A stretch of DNA of 64,000 nucleotides from an uncultured Gammaproteobacteria bacterium (lineage in GTDB: Bacteria; Pseudomonadota; Gammaproteobacteria; Steroidobacterales; Foliamicaceae): contig CAYMQG010000080.1 of assembly GCA_964392625.1 (NCBI GenBank), forward strand, positions 13,335-77,334. The letters run 5' to 3'. The notes below the pieces were generated by a model. It was not told the origin of the DNA. It searched no databases and saw only the letters and a list, made by a program, of their open reading frames with translations. This document shows, in pieces, positions 33,924 to 43,572 of this stretch (its first letter is position 1; the number at the start of each line of letters is the position of its first letter). A program made the position numbers and the translations under genes.

Positions 33924-35207
33924 ATGGAAGAACTCAAGGGATTCCTGCAAACCGCCCTGGATACCGTGTTGTCGGTGGTCCCGGTCGGCGCAACGCTGCA
34001 GGAAAGCCTGCTGCAACTTGCGCTTGCGGGCTTGCTGTGCCTGGGCGCGTGGCTGATCAGCCGGCGCATGCACCCGGCGATCGTCGATTGGTGCGAGCCC
34101 CGTCCGCGCTGGGAGAGAGCCCGGAGCATACTGGAGCCGCTGATCTGGCCGCTGACCTGGCTCGTGTTTCTGAGCCTGCTGCTGGGCCTGTACGTCGCGA
34201 TACAGCAGGATTCCTGGCTGCTGGAAGTCGGCACCAGCCTGCTGGTGGCATGGGTCGTGGTGCGGCTGGTGTCGAGGGCGATCCGCAACCCCATGCTGTC
34301 GCGCATCACGGCCGTCATCGCCTATGGAATGGCCGTGCTCAGCATCTGGGACCTGCTCGGACCCACGATAGAGATCCTGAACGGGCCGAGATTCACGCTC
34401 ACGCTGGGCGAGTTCAGCCTCAGCGTCTACCAGGTGCTGGCCACCGCCCTGCTGCTGGCGGTGCTGCTGAGCCTTGCGGGATTTACCTCCCGGGTCACGG
34501 AGCGCCGGTTGCGCGAAGCCGACTGGCTGACTCCGGCGGGCCGCGTACTGCTCAACAAGTCGCTGCGCATAGCGCTGTTCGTGCTTGCCATCCTGATCAC
34601 CATCGGGTCGGTGGGCATCGACCTTACGGCGCTGGCGGTGATCGGCGGCGCGGTGGGCTTCGGAATTGGTTTCGGGTTGCAGAAGGTTTTCTCGAACCTG
34701 ATCAGCGGAGTGATCCTGCTGACGGACAAGTCGATCAAGCCGGGTGACGTGATTACGGTGGAGAACACCTACGGATGGGTCAACAAGCTGGGCGCGAGAT
34801 ATGTCTCGATCATTACGCGCGACGGCATCGAGCACCTGATCCCTAACGAGACGATGATTACCGAACCCGTATCCAACTGGACGCATTCCGATGCCAATAC
34901 GCGCCTGCGGATACCGATCGGCGTGCACTACGACACCGACCTCGAACTTGCCACGCGGCTGGGCGTCGAAGCGGCGCAGAGCCAATCGCGGGTGCTCAAG
35001 GACCCGACGCCGCGCTGCCTGGTGAAGGGCTTCGGAGAGTCGGCGATCGATCTGGAGATCCGGTTCTGGATCCAGGATGCCGACAGCGGTGTTTCGAACA
35101 TCAAGAGCGCCGTCATTCTGGAGGTCTGGCGGCTGTTCCGGGAGCACGAAATACAGATTCCGTATCCGCAGCGCGATCTGCACATCAAGAGCGGGGAGAT
35201 CCCGTAA
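33924..35207 (+). CDS. Mechanosensitive ion channel, MscS family (extended N-terminal TM domain)
   Basis: Multiple N-terminal TMs, then the MscS pore/beta-domain signature (GFGLQKVFSNLISGVILLTDKSIKPGDVITVENTYGWV...ITRDGIEHLIPNE). Confidence 0.88.
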   Translation: MEELKGFLQTALDTVLSVVPVGATLQESLLQLALAGLLCLGAWLISRRMHPAIVDWCEPRPRWERARSILEPLIWPLTWLVFLSLLLGLYVAIQQDSWLLEVGTSLLVAWVVVRLVSRAIRNPMLSRITAVIAYGMAVLSIWDLLGPTIEILNGPRFTLTLGEFSLSVYQVLATALLLAVLLSLAGFTSRVTERRLREADWLTPAGRVLLNKSLRIALFVLAILITIGSVGIDLTALAVIGGAVGFGIGFGLQKVFSNLISGVILLTDKSIKPGDVITVENTYGWVNKLGARYVSIITRDGIEHLIPNETMITEPVSNWTHSDANTRLRIPIGVHYDTDLELATRLGVEAAQSQSRVLKDPTPRCLVKGFGESAIDLEIRFWIQDADSGVSNIKSAVILEVWRLFREHEIQIPYPQRDLHIKSGEIP

Positions 35208-35245
35208 AAAAAGCGGCAGGATCAACCTGCCGCAAGCCCTTTTCC
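35205..35245. terminator. Bidirectional rho-independent terminator between convergent mscS-family and comEA-like genes
   Basis: AAAAAAA-GCGGCAGG-ATCAA-CCTGCCGC-AAGCCCTTTTCC. This is a perfect 8-bp GC-rich stem (35213-35220 / 35226-35233) with a 5-nt loop, an A-run on one side and a T-rich tract on the other. Confidence 0.7.
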
Positions 35246-35270
35246 AGGGAGGGGGGATACAGTCGGGCAA

Positions 35271-35558
35271 TCAGGAAGAACTACCGGAGTCGGGTTTCTT
35301 CTCGTCCTCCAGGAGAATATCTTTCCCGTTATCCTCCAATACTTTAGGACCGATACCTTGAACCTTTAACAGGTCTTCGACAGTCTCGAAGGGGCCGTTT
35401 TCCTCACGGTAGGTAACGATGGCCCTAGCCTTGGCGGGGCCGATGCCCCGCAGTTCGCGGGCTATCGTGTCGGCATCGGCCTCGTTGACGTTAACCGGTC
35501 CGCCGAATACCCAGATCGGCGCCAGGGCCGCAACGACCATAACGATCCATCTGTTCAT
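35271..35558 (-). CDS. ComEA-like helix-hairpin-helix DNA-binding protein (periplasmic)
   Basis: Signal peptide from the ATG at 35558, then VNVNEADADTIARELRGIGPAKARAIVTYREENGPFETVEDLLKVQGIGPKVLE (a tandem HhH motif). Confidence 0.8.
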   Translation of the reverse strand: MNRWIVMVVAALAPIWVFGGPVNVNEADADTIARELRGIGPAKARAIVTYREENGPFETVEDLLKVQGIGPKVLEDNGKDILLEDEKKPDSGSSS

Positions 35559-35688
35559 GCTTGCGTCTCCTCTTAAGCCAAGCTCGCTCCAATAGGGAAC
35601 GTAGACGGCGCAGGAGTTTGTTTTGCGCAAGGCAGCAAGGAAAGCGGGTAATGGGCCGCGTTTATCGAATTAGGCCGTACTCCGGCGA

Positions 35689-36807
35689 TCAGGGTGCAAG
35701 TACCGAGATTAGGCGTGACGATTCCCACGCGCCGCACTCGTTGCATCGCCAGGCATGCGTTTCATCCAGATGTCCGCAGATGGTGCAGCGCCAGCGTGGC
35801 GGACCGCCGCTCGCCGCGCCCAGTTCGTCGATCAGCGCATGGAGCGACTCCTTCGAGAACTCCGCGGGATCGCCGGCGCCATACGTCCCCGCGAATGCGG
35901 GCAGTCTTTCCTTGAGCGAAGCGAACAGACACCGGGCTGAGGCCGGACACAGCAGATCGGGCTCCGTCAGAAGGGCGCAGGCGACGGCCGGTCCCAGAGC
36001 CGGATTCTCCGCCACAAGTCCATCGAGCAGTTCGCCGATTTGCTTGCCGGCAAATCCATGCCGTTCCGCCAGACCCAGAAGGATCAGTACGGCGGCTTCC
36101 GGAACGGAAGCCGCAAGGGCCAGGCTTCGGGCCGGATCACGCGGGTCCAGAACGGCCGGGTCAACCAGCAGTCTCGCGCTTTCACCCGTCCCTCGCGCCG
36201 CCTTGCGCCAGTAGCCGCGCGCCCGCCGCAGGTCGTCTGCGTCCGCGGCCCGCGCCGCCAGTTCGCACAGGTAATGGCAACGCAATCTCGACCCCAGCGA
36301 GGCGTCCTCGCTGCGGACCTGTTCAGCCACCCCGACGGCCCGCTCCCAGTCCGCCAGTTGCTCGCAAACACCCAGCTGCCGCTCCAGGGCGTTCAGTCGC
36401 AAGGGCAGGTATTCCGCGGTGCGCACGTAGGCTTCCTCCGCCCTGTCCAGCATCCCGGCTGCCCGGTAGTCGTCGCCGATTTCCAATCCGGCATGGGCCC
36501 GCGTAGCGGCGTCAAGATCCTCCCGTGCCGCCAGCGATTCGTGAATCTGCAGGGCCCTCCGCCAGTCGCCGCCGGACCGGAAATAGGCGGCCAGTTCAAA
36601 TGCCGCGCCGGGTTCGCTGCTCTCCTCTTCCGCCTGTGCCAGGTAGGCGCTTACGGCCTTTTCCGAACGCCGGGGAAGTTGCTGCGCATATTCCCTGAAC
36701 CGCCGGTGCAGGCCCCGCCCGGAATCGCCGGAGCGCGCATACCAGTAGCCCAGGGCGGCTGCAAGAATCAGACCACCCGCCATCGACACAAGGAAATCGG
36801 GAGGCAT
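35689..36807 (-). CDS. lapB: Lipopolysaccharide assembly protein B (TPR plus rubredoxin-like zinc finger)
   Basis: N-terminal TM, TPR repeats, and the C-terminal RCTICGHLDETHAWRCNECGAWES motif. Follows lapA and ihfB as in enterobacteria. Confidence 0.88.
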   Translation of the reverse strand: MPPDFLVSMAGGLILAAALGYWYARSGDSGRGLHRRFREYAQQLPRRSEKAVSAYLAQAEEESSEPGAAFELAAYFRSGGDWRRALQIHESLAAREDLDAATRAHAGLEIGDDYRAAGMLDRAEEAYVRTAEYLPLRLNALERQLGVCEQLADWERAVGVAEQVRSEDASLGSRLRCHYLCELAARAADADDLRRARGYWRKAARGTGESARLLVDPAVLDPRDPARSLALAASVPEAAVLILLGLAERHGFAGKQIGELLDGLVAENPALGPAVACALLTEPDLLCPASARCLFASLKERLPAFAGTYGAGDPAEFSKESLHALIDELGAASGGPPRWRCTICGHLDETHAWRCNECGAWESSRLISVLAP

Positions 36808-36824
36808 GGCGGACTAGTGCACTG

Positions 36825-37103
36825 CTAGGTTTCGGCCGGGGCGGTTCCTTTGGCGTCCTGGCGCGACTTCCTTCGGGCGGCGCGCCGCTTGAGCACGGCG
36901 CCGCCGGCGCACAGCAAACCGAAAAGCCAACCCAGGCCGAAGGCGACGGTAAACGCAAGCGGTTTGGACAAGCTTACGTCGGCGAACGCGAGGTCCAGTT
37001 CCACCGTCCCCCGGTTAAGCAGTGCGAGGATGCCGGCCAGGGAGACGACTGCGGCCAGCAGAAGAATATATGCGCCGCGTTTCAGCAAGCGTCCGGCTTT
37101 CAT
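36825..37103 (-). CDS. lapA: Lipopolysaccharide assembly protein A (YciS-like)
   Basis: 92 aa with two TM helices, located between ihfB and lapB. Confidence 0.7.
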   Translation of the reverse strand: MKAGRLLKRGAYILLLAAVVSLAGILALLNRGTVELDLAFADVSLSKPLAFTVAFGLGWLFGLLCAGGAVLKRRAARRKSRQDAKGTAPAET

Positions 37104-37112
37104 GGTTCGGCC

Positions 37113-37445
37113 TTAACGGCGCGCGGCATTGACTCGTTCGCGGAGCCGCTTCCCCGGACGAAACTTGGGGACGTACTTGCTCGGCAGCGCCACCGCTTCC
37201 CCGGTACGGGGGTTGCGCCCGATTCGCGCGCGGCGATAGCTGAGGCCGAAACTGCCGAATCCCCGGATCTCGATGCCCCCTCCGGAAGCCAGCGTCTGGC
37301 CCATCAGGTCTATGACGTGTTTGACGGACGCTTCCAGGTCGGAGGAAGAGAAATAGCTGAAGCGTTCGTCTTCAAGCAACCTGCGCGTGACGATCCGCAC
37401 CAGTTCCGAGCGCGTTATTGCCTTGCTGGCGACCGAAGCGCTCAT
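37113..37445 (-). CDS. ihfB: Integration host factor subunit beta
   Basis: ITRSELV...[49 protein letters not shown] overlap with the rpsA stop. Confidence 0.95.
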   Translation of the reverse strand: MSASVASKAITRSELVRIVTRRLLEDERFSYFSSSDLEASVKHVIDLMGQTLASGGGIEIRGFGSFGLSYRRARIGRNPRTGEAVALPSKYVPKFRPGKRLRERVNAARR

Positions 37446-39130
37446 GTATCTTCGGCGTCCTCTTGCTGCTGGCTGCGCAGCAGTTCTCCGAGCGTGGCTC
37501 CCTTGATCCGGTCTCCCACCTCGGCTTCGTAGTCCCGCAAGGCCTGCGCCTCGGCCTGTTCCTCCATCGCCCGCACGGACATCGAGACCGTTCTGGACTT
37601 GCGGTCAACACCCACTATGCGTGCCTCGATCGACTGTCCGGGCTTGACCACCATGCGCGCGTCATCGACATGCTCGCGCGACAGTTCAGCGACCCGCATG
37701 CGTCCCTTCACGCCTTCACCGACCTCCAGTTCGACCATGCGCTGCTCGACGCCGGTAATGACGGCGGTCGCGACGCTGCCCTTGGGATGGTCCTTGAGGA
37801 AACTGGCCAGGGGATCGCCCTGCAACTGCTTGATGCCCAGCGAAATACGTTCCCGGTCCGCGTCCACCGAGAGCACGACGGCTTCGACATCCTGCCCCTT
37901 GCGGTAATTCCGTACCGCCTCCTCCCCGGGCAGGTCCCAGGAGAGGTCCGACAGATGCACCAGCCCGTCGATATTGCCCTCAAGCCCGATGAATATTCCG
38001 AAATCCGTCATCGAACGGACCTTGCCGGTCACGCGGTCGTCCCTCTTGTAATTGTTGGCGAAGTCCTGCCACGGATTCTCCAGGCATTGCTTCAGCCCCA
38101 GCGAAACCCGGCGGCGCTCTTCATTGATGTCGAGCACCATCACTTCGACCTCCTGTCCGACGTGAACGATCTTGCCCGGATTCACGTTCTTGCTGGTCCA
38201 GTCCATCTCCGATACGTGAACCAGCCCCTCAACGCCTTCCTCGATCTGCACGAAGCAGCCATAGTCCGCCACGTTGGTGACCTTGCCGAACAGTCGCGTG
38301 TGCGGCGGATAGCGCCGCCCGATGTCCACCCAGGGATCGTCGCCCAGTTGTTTGAGCCCAAGCGACACGCGGTTGCGTTCGCTGTCAAAGCGCAGGATCT
38401 TGACTTCCAGTTCCTCTCCCACGCGAACCACTTCCGACGGATGTTTGACGCGCCGCCAGGCCATGTCGGTGACGTGCAGCAATCCGTCGATGCCTCCCAG
38501 ATCCACGAAAGCGCCGTATTCGGTGAGGTTCTTGACCACGCCCTTGACCACCTGGCCTTCCTCCAGGCTGGCCAGCAGTGCCGCGCGTTCGGCACTGTGC
38601 AATTCCTCGATCACCGCTCGCCGGGACACCACCACGTTGTTGCGCCGGCGGTCCAGCTTGATGACCTTGAAGTCCAGCTTGCGGCCTTCCAGGTAGGTGG
38701 TATCGCGGATCGGATGCATGTCCACCAGGGAACCGGGCAGGAACGCCCGAACACTGGAGACATCGACCGTGAATCCGCCCTTGACGCGCCCGCTTATGGC
38801 GCCCTGCACGATCTCTTCCTGTTCGAACGCCGACTCCAGGCGCTCCCAGACACGCGTGCGCTTGGCGCGCTCCCGGGACAGGCGGGTCTCGCCAAACCCG
38901 TCTTCCATCGAATCCAGGGCGACTTCGACCTCATCTCCTATGTCCACTTCCAGTTCGCCGGTCTCGTCGGTGAACTGGCTGGCGGGTATCAGCGCCTCGG
39001 ACTTGAGTCCGGCGCTTACGGTTACGACCTCCGGTGATATATCGATCACCTGCGCCGAAAGTATTTCTCCCGGCCGGAAATTCTTGTCAGCGAGATTGGC
39101 TTCCACCAACTCTGCAAAACTTTCTGCCAT
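37442..39130 (-). CDS. rpsA: 30S ribosomal protein S1
   Basis: [11 protein letters not shown]-terminus from the ATG at 39130, followed by six S1 repeats (e.g. [27 protein letters not shown]). Confidence 0.97.
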   Translation of the reverse strand: MAESFAELVEANLADKNFRPGEILSAQVIDISPEVVTVSAGLKSEALIPASQFTDETGELEVDIGDEVEVALDSMEDGFGETRLSRERAKRTRVWERLESAFEQEEIVQGAISGRVKGGFTVDVSSVRAFLPGSLVDMHPIRDTTYLEGRKLDFKVIKLDRRRNNVVVSRRAVIEELHSAERAALLASLEEGQVVKGVVKNLTEYGAFVDLGGIDGLLHVTDMAWRRVKHPSEVVRVGEELEVKILRFDSERNRVSLGLKQLGDDPWVDIGRRYPPHTRLFGKVTNVADYGCFVQIEEGVEGLVHVSEMDWTSKNVNPGKIVHVGQEVEVMVLDINEERRRVSLGLKQCLENPWQDFANNYKRDDRVTGKVRSMTDFGIFIGLEGNIDGLVHLSDLSWDLPGEEAVRNYRKGQDVEAVVLSVDADRERISLGIKQLQGDPLASFLKDHPKGSVATAVITGVEQRMVELEVGEGVKGRMRVAELSREHVDDARMVVKPGQSIEARIVGVDRKSRTVSMSVRAMEEQAEAQALRDYEAEVGDRIKGATLGELLRSQQQEDAEDT

Positions 39131-39220
39131 TAAGGGCCTCAACGTAGTGCGGGCGTGCAATCCAGCTACGCTCGCGGTTGCCATTCCACGCGCCCGCCAT
39201 CCTGGCCGGCGCCAATTCCG

Positions 39221-39943
39221 CTATCGGGCCGCCTTATCCGGCCAGACTTCCGTTACAAGACGCCACGCCTCTGTCCTGGTTTTCCGGATATCCAGTTTCG
39301 TGGTGTCCAGCACCACCGCATGAGGCACTACCTTAAGCGGCGCCAGCGTACGGGCCGAATCGCGATGATCACGATCGGTCAGATCGCGGATCAGGTCGCG
39401 CATATTAGCATTGATTCCCTTTTGCTTCAATTGGTTATGGCGACGCCGGGCACGTTCTTCCGGGCTCGCGGTGAGGTAGATCTGCAGCTCTGCATCCGGA
39501 AAAACCACCGACGCCATATCGCGACCCTCGGCCACCAGTCCGGGCGCCCTTCGAAAGGCGCGTTGTTGCCTGAGAAGAAAGTTCCGCACCGTCGCGAGTG
39601 GGGCAACGACCGACGCCGCCACGCCCGTTTCCTCTTCACGGATCGCGCTGCTGACATCTTCGCCGTTCAGGTAGATGACCTCGCCGTCGGGGGTGGCTTC
39701 CAGCTCGGGAGGCGAATCCGACAGGTGCGCGGCGATTCTGGCTTCCCCCGCATGGACCAGATCGGCGCGCAGCAACGACAGCGACACGGCCCGGTACAGC
39801 GCGCCGCTGTCCAGTCTCCGCCAACCCAGTCTCTCCGCGAGATATCGTGCGATTACTCCCTTTCCCGCCGCGGCAGGCCCGTCAATTGCGACGACCGGCG
39901 CCAACCGGGACCGAGGGCGTCCCGGGTTACTCGATTGACTCAA
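39221..39943 (-). CDS. cmk: (d)CMP kinase
   Basis: P-loop VVAIDGPAAAGKG, then ALYRAV and GRDM. The start at 39943 overlaps the aroA 3' end by 17 nt. Confidence 0.9.
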   Translation of the reverse strand: MSQSSNPGRPRSRLAPVVAIDGPAAAGKGVIARYLAERLGWRRLDSGALYRAVSLSLLRADLVHAGEARIAAHLSDSPPELEATPDGEVIYLNGEDVSSAIREEETGVAASVVAPLATVRNFLLRQQRAFRRAPGLVAEGRDMASVVFPDAELQIYLTASPEERARRRHNQLKQKGINANMRDLIRDLTDRDHRDSARTLAPLKVVPHAVVLDTTKLDIRKTRTEAWRLVTEVWPDKAAR

Positions 39944-41231
39944 GACTCAAGCCCAGGTTGAGTGCGGTTTCGGCGAATCCCGGAAACGAAGTGTCAACGC
40001 AGTCCACGTCGCGGACGACGATCGGGTCCTGCGCCACCAGTGCGAGGATCGCGAAGGCCATCGCGACGCGATGGTCGCCCCGGCAGTCAATTTCCCCGCC
40101 GCGCACCGGGCCACCGCATATCCGCGCGCCGTCGGGAGTCTCTTCGCAGGCCACGCCGAGGGTCCTCAGTCCCGCGGTCATGGCCGAAATCCGGTCGCTC
40201 TCCTTGACCCGCAACTCCCCGGCGCCCTCGATTACGGTTTCCCCCATCGCGCAGGCCGCCGCCGCAAATACGGCCGGCATCTCGTCGATCGCCGCGGGAA
40301 CGACCGAAGCGGGAAGCGTCGCGCCCTGGAGCATTCCGGGCTTCGCCATGACGTCCGCCACCGGCTCGGACCCCGAGGTGCGCCGCGCGGTGATCTGCAA
40401 GGTGCCTCCCATGGCGTCCATCAACCGAAGAAAGCCTGTGCGGGTCGAGTTCACGCCCACAGTGCCGACCTGTATCTCCCGCGGACCGATCAGTCCCGCC
40501 AGCAGCAGGAACGCCGCCGAGGAAAAATCGCCCGGAACGTCAATCCGCGCCGCCCGTAGCGGCTGCCTTCCCGTCAGGCAGGCTCGGCCGTTGGTCCGCT
40601 CGATCGAGACCCCGAAGCTGGGAAGCATCCGTTCCGTGTGGTCGCGCGTCGGCACAGGCTCGCCCACACAGGTTTCACCCCGGGCTCCCAGGCCCGCCAG
40701 CAATATCGCGGATTTCACCTGCGCGCTTGCCACCGGGAGCTTGTAGGAAACGCCCTTGATCCCGGCATTCTCCGCAATGCGCAACGGTGGCCGTCCGTCC
40801 TTGCCCAGGGCGTCGATGCGCGCGCCCATCCGGGCCAGAGGTTCGATGATCCGGCGCATGGGCCGGCGGCTGAGCGAGGCGTCGCCGTGCAGTTCGGCGG
40901 CCACGCCCTGACCGGCCAGCAAGCCGGCGAGCAACCGCATCGATGTACCCGAGTTGCCGCAATCCAGCAAGCGTCGAGGCGCTTTCAGGCTCGCTCCACC
41001 GCGCACGAGCAAGCGATCCGGGGCCAGCCGGGAAATCCGCACGCCCAACGCTTCCAGCGCCTTCGCCGTGGCGACGCAATCGTGCCCCGGAAGGAAATTC
41101 ACGATCTCGCTCTCGCCCTCCGCCACCGCCGCGAGCATCACGGCGCGGTGGGAGATCGACTTGTCTCCCGGTACCGTTAACGGTTCGGGCGACGGCGTGG
41201 CGGGAATGCGGCTGGCGCGCCAGGACCTCAG
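39927..41231 (-). CDS. aroA: 3-phosphoshikimate 1-carboxyvinyltransferase (EPSP synthase), probable CTG start
   Basis: The EPSPS motifs are present: LTVPGDKSISHRAVML, CGNSGTSMRLL and RVKESDRI. The track ORF (GTG at 41141) cuts the conserved PGDKSISHRA motif. No ATG, GTG or TTG exists upstream before the in-frame TGA at 41253-41255. The CTG at 41231 lies 6 nt after AAGGAGG. Confidence 0.85.
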   Translation of the reverse strand: MRSWRASRIPATPSPEPLTVPGDKSISHRAVMLAAVAEGESEIVNFLPGHDCVATAKALEALGVRISRLAPDRLLVRGGASLKAPRRLLDCGNSGTSMRLLAGLLAGQGVAAELHGDASLSRRPMRRIIEPLARMGARIDALGKDGRPPLRIAENAGIKGVSYKLPVASAQVKSAILLAGLGARGETCVGEPVPTRDHTERMLPSFGVSIERTNGRACLTGRQPLRAARIDVPGDFSSAAFLLLAGLIGPREIQVGTVGVNSTRTGFLRLMDAMGGTLQITARRTSGSEPVADVMAKPGMLQGATLPASVVPAAIDEMPAVFAAAACAMGETVIEGAGELRVKESDRISAMTAGLRTLGVACEETPDGARICGGPVRGGEIDCRGDHRVAMAFAILALVAQDPIVVRDVDCVDTSFPGFAETALNLGLSLESIE

Positions 41232-41244
41232 AAGCGTCCTCCTT

Positions 41245-42438
41245 TCACGATTTCACCCCCAGGTCCCGTACCCGCCCCAGATCCCGCACACGCAAGATCC
41301 CCTCCATGCCGCGCAGACGCTTGAGCGCCGAGTCGGGGGCGTGGTCGTTGAGGTCCAGCATGGTGTAGGCAAGCCTGCCGCGCGACATGTTCATCATGGA
41401 CTCGATGTTGAGATTCTCTTGCGCCAGCACGGCGGAAACCCTTGCCACGATCCACGGCACGTTTTCATTGGCGATCGTCAGCCGGAAACCAGCGCCGCGC
41501 GGCTGATCGATCACGGGGAAATTCACCGATCCGCGCACGTTGCCGTCTTCAAGGTAGGCCCGCAGGTTTTCCGCGGCAATGACGGCGCAGTTCACCTCCG
41601 CTTCGGAAGTGGAAGCGCCCAGGTGCGGGAGCAGGATCGCGCCCGGATGCCCCATCAGTTCGGGCTCGGGAAAATCGCAGACGTAGGACGACAGCCATCC
41701 CGACTTCAGGGCTTCAAGCACGGCGTCGCTCTTCACGATGCCGCCGCGGGCGAAGTTGAGCAGCACTCCCCCCTTGCGCATAGTGCTGATCAATTTCCGT
41801 CCCACCAGCCCGCGGGTTTCGTCCACCAGCGGGATGTGGACGCTGACGAAATCGGCGCCGGCGAACACATGCTCCAGGCTCTGCCCCTTGCCCACCTGCG
41901 AGGACAACTCCCAGGCCCGGTCAAGGGCCAGGGCGGGGTCATAGCCGAACACTTCCATCCCCATCCCTATCGCGGCGTTGGACACTTTCACGCCTACCGC
42001 GCCCAGGCCCACCACGCCCATGACCCGGCCGGCCAGTTCGCGGCCCGCGAACCGCTTCTTGTGCGCTTCCACGGTCTTGTGCAAATCGTCGGCAGGCACG
42101 TCCATTGCCCGCAGGTGGTCCCACGCCGGCAACAGGTTGCGGGCCGCCATCAGCATGCCGGCGACGACCAGTTCCTTGACGGCGTTGGCGTTGGCGCCGG
42201 GTGCGTTCAGCACCGGGATCCCCCGCTTTGCCAGGGCATCCACCGGGATATTGTTGACGCCGGCGCCGGCGCGCGCAACGACCTCCACGCTGTCGGGAAT
42301 CGTTTCCGAGTGCAGGTCATGCGAACGCAGCAGGATCCCGTCGGGCGAATCGTCGTCGGACGGCGCCTTGTAGCTCTCCGCAGGCAGGCGTGCGAGTCCC
42401 TCGTTGGCGATATTGTTGTAAATCCGGATATTGAACAT
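41245..42438 (-). CDS. serA: D-3-phosphoglycerate dehydrogenase-like 2-hydroxyacid dehydrogenase with C-terminal ACT domain
   Basis: 397 aa. NAD-binding GVVGLGAVG, catalytic region NFARGGIV...LPHLGAST, and an ACT-like C-terminus. Adjacent to serC. Confidence 0.8.
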   Translation of the reverse strand: MFNIRIYNNIANEGLARLPAESYKAPSDDDSPDGILLRSHDLHSETIPDSVEVVARAGAGVNNIPVDALAKRGIPVLNAPGANANAVKELVVAGMLMAARNLLPAWDHLRAMDVPADDLHKTVEAHKKRFAGRELAGRVMGVVGLGAVGVKVSNAAIGMGMEVFGYDPALALDRAWELSSQVGKGQSLEHVFAGADFVSVHIPLVDETRGLVGRKLISTMRKGGVLLNFARGGIVKSDAVLEALKSGWLSSYVCDFPEPELMGHPGAILLPHLGASTSEAEVNCAVIAAENLRAYLEDGNVRGSVNFPVIDQPRGAGFRLTIANENVPWIVARVSAVLAQENLNIESMMNMSRGRLAYTMLDLNDHAPDSALKRLRGMEGILRVRDLGRVRDLGVKS

Positions 42439-42490
42439 TGCTTGTTTCCAGTATGGCGGACGCCCGTGGGCGTCCGCCCGGGCGACGGCT

Positions 42491-43570
42491 TCAGGCCTTG
42501 CGTTCGAATTCCTCCATGAAGCCGACCAGCGCCTCGACGCCTTCTTCCGGCATGGCGTTGTAGATCGATGCGCGCATGCCTCCCACGGCTCGGTGGCCCT
42601 TCAGGCCATACAGGCCCTCGGCCTCGGAAGCTTCGAGGAAGGCCCCGTTCAACTCCCCGTCGGCGAGCGTAAACGGCACGTTCATCCACGAGCGCCAGTC
42701 CGGGTCCACGTGATTGGCGTAGAAACCGGAACCGTCGATGTAGTCGTACAGGCGCTGCGCCTTGCGCCGGTTGCGTTCCGCCATCCCGGCCACTCCACCC
42801 TGCCCGGCAACCCAGCGAAACACCAGCGAGGCCACGTACCAGGGAAATGTCGCCGGCGTGTTGAGCATGGACCCGGCGGCGGCGATTTTCCGGTAATTGA
42901 AGGCCAGCGGCGTATCTTCGGGCACGCGCTCCAGGAGGTCGCGGTGAATGATGACCACGGTCACCCCGGCCGGACCGAGGTTCTTTTGCGCACAGGCATA
43001 GATCAGCCCGAAGCGACCCACCGGAATCGGCCGCGAAAGCAGGGTGGAAGACATGTCGCAAACCAGCGGGGCGTAGCCCACGTCCGGCGGCGGGTCGATC
43101 TCCAGTCCGTGAAGCGTTTCATTCGCGGTGTAGTGGAAATAGGCAGCGTTTTCCCCCGACGCCCAGTCGTCGCGCGCCGGCACCGACCGGTACTGCAACG
43201 CTTCGCCGTCGGCAACGACCCGCAGCGGACGAAGCCTGGCCGCCTCGGACGACGCCTTGCGGCCCCAGTGCCCGGTTATCAGGTAGTCGACGCCCTGCCC
43301 TTCGCGGGCCAGTGTCATCGGGATCGTTGCGAACTGCAGCGTGGCGCCGCCCTGCATGAACAGGACCGCGTATTCGTCGGGAATCCCGAGCAGTTCGCGC
43401 AGGTCCCGCTCCGATTGCTCGGCGAGCTCGATGAACTGACGGCCCCGGTGGCTGTCCTCCATCACCGACAGGCCGCGCCCCTGCCAGCTCAGCAATTCCT
43501 CGCGGGCCTGCTCCAGCACGGCAAGCGGAAGGTTCGCCGGCCCGGCGCTGAAATTGAAAATCCGGTCCAT
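42491..43570 (-). CDS. serC: Phosphoserine aminotransferase
   Basis: IFNFSAGPANLP N-terminus, PLP lysine region YACAQKNLGPAG, and C-terminal GGMRASIYNAMP. 359 aa. Confidence 0.95.
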   Translation of the reverse strand: MDRIFNFSAGPANLPLAVLEQAREELLSWQGRGLSVMEDSHRGRQFIELAEQSERDLRELLGIPDEYAVLFMQGGATLQFATIPMTLAREGQGVDYLITGHWGRKASSEAARLRPLRVVADGEALQYRSVPARDDWASGENAAYFHYTANETLHGLEIDPPPDVGYAPLVCDMSSTLLSRPIPVGRFGLIYACAQKNLGPAGVTVVIIHRDLLERVPEDTPLAFNYRKIAAAGSMLNTPATFPWYVASLVFRWVAGQGGVAGMAERNRRKAQRLYDYIDGSGFYANHVDPDWRSWMNVPFTLADGELNGAFLEASEAEGLYGLKGHRAVGGMRASIYNAMPEEGVEALVGFMEEFERKA

Positions 43571-43572
43571 GC

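Noticed and set aside
33834-35270. A 478-aa minus-strand ORF opposite the MscS-family gene.
   Set aside because: Its composition is His/Arg/Gln/Asp-rich and non-protein-like. The plus strand encodes clear TM helices and the MscS beta-domain signature. It also overlaps tRNA-Asn.
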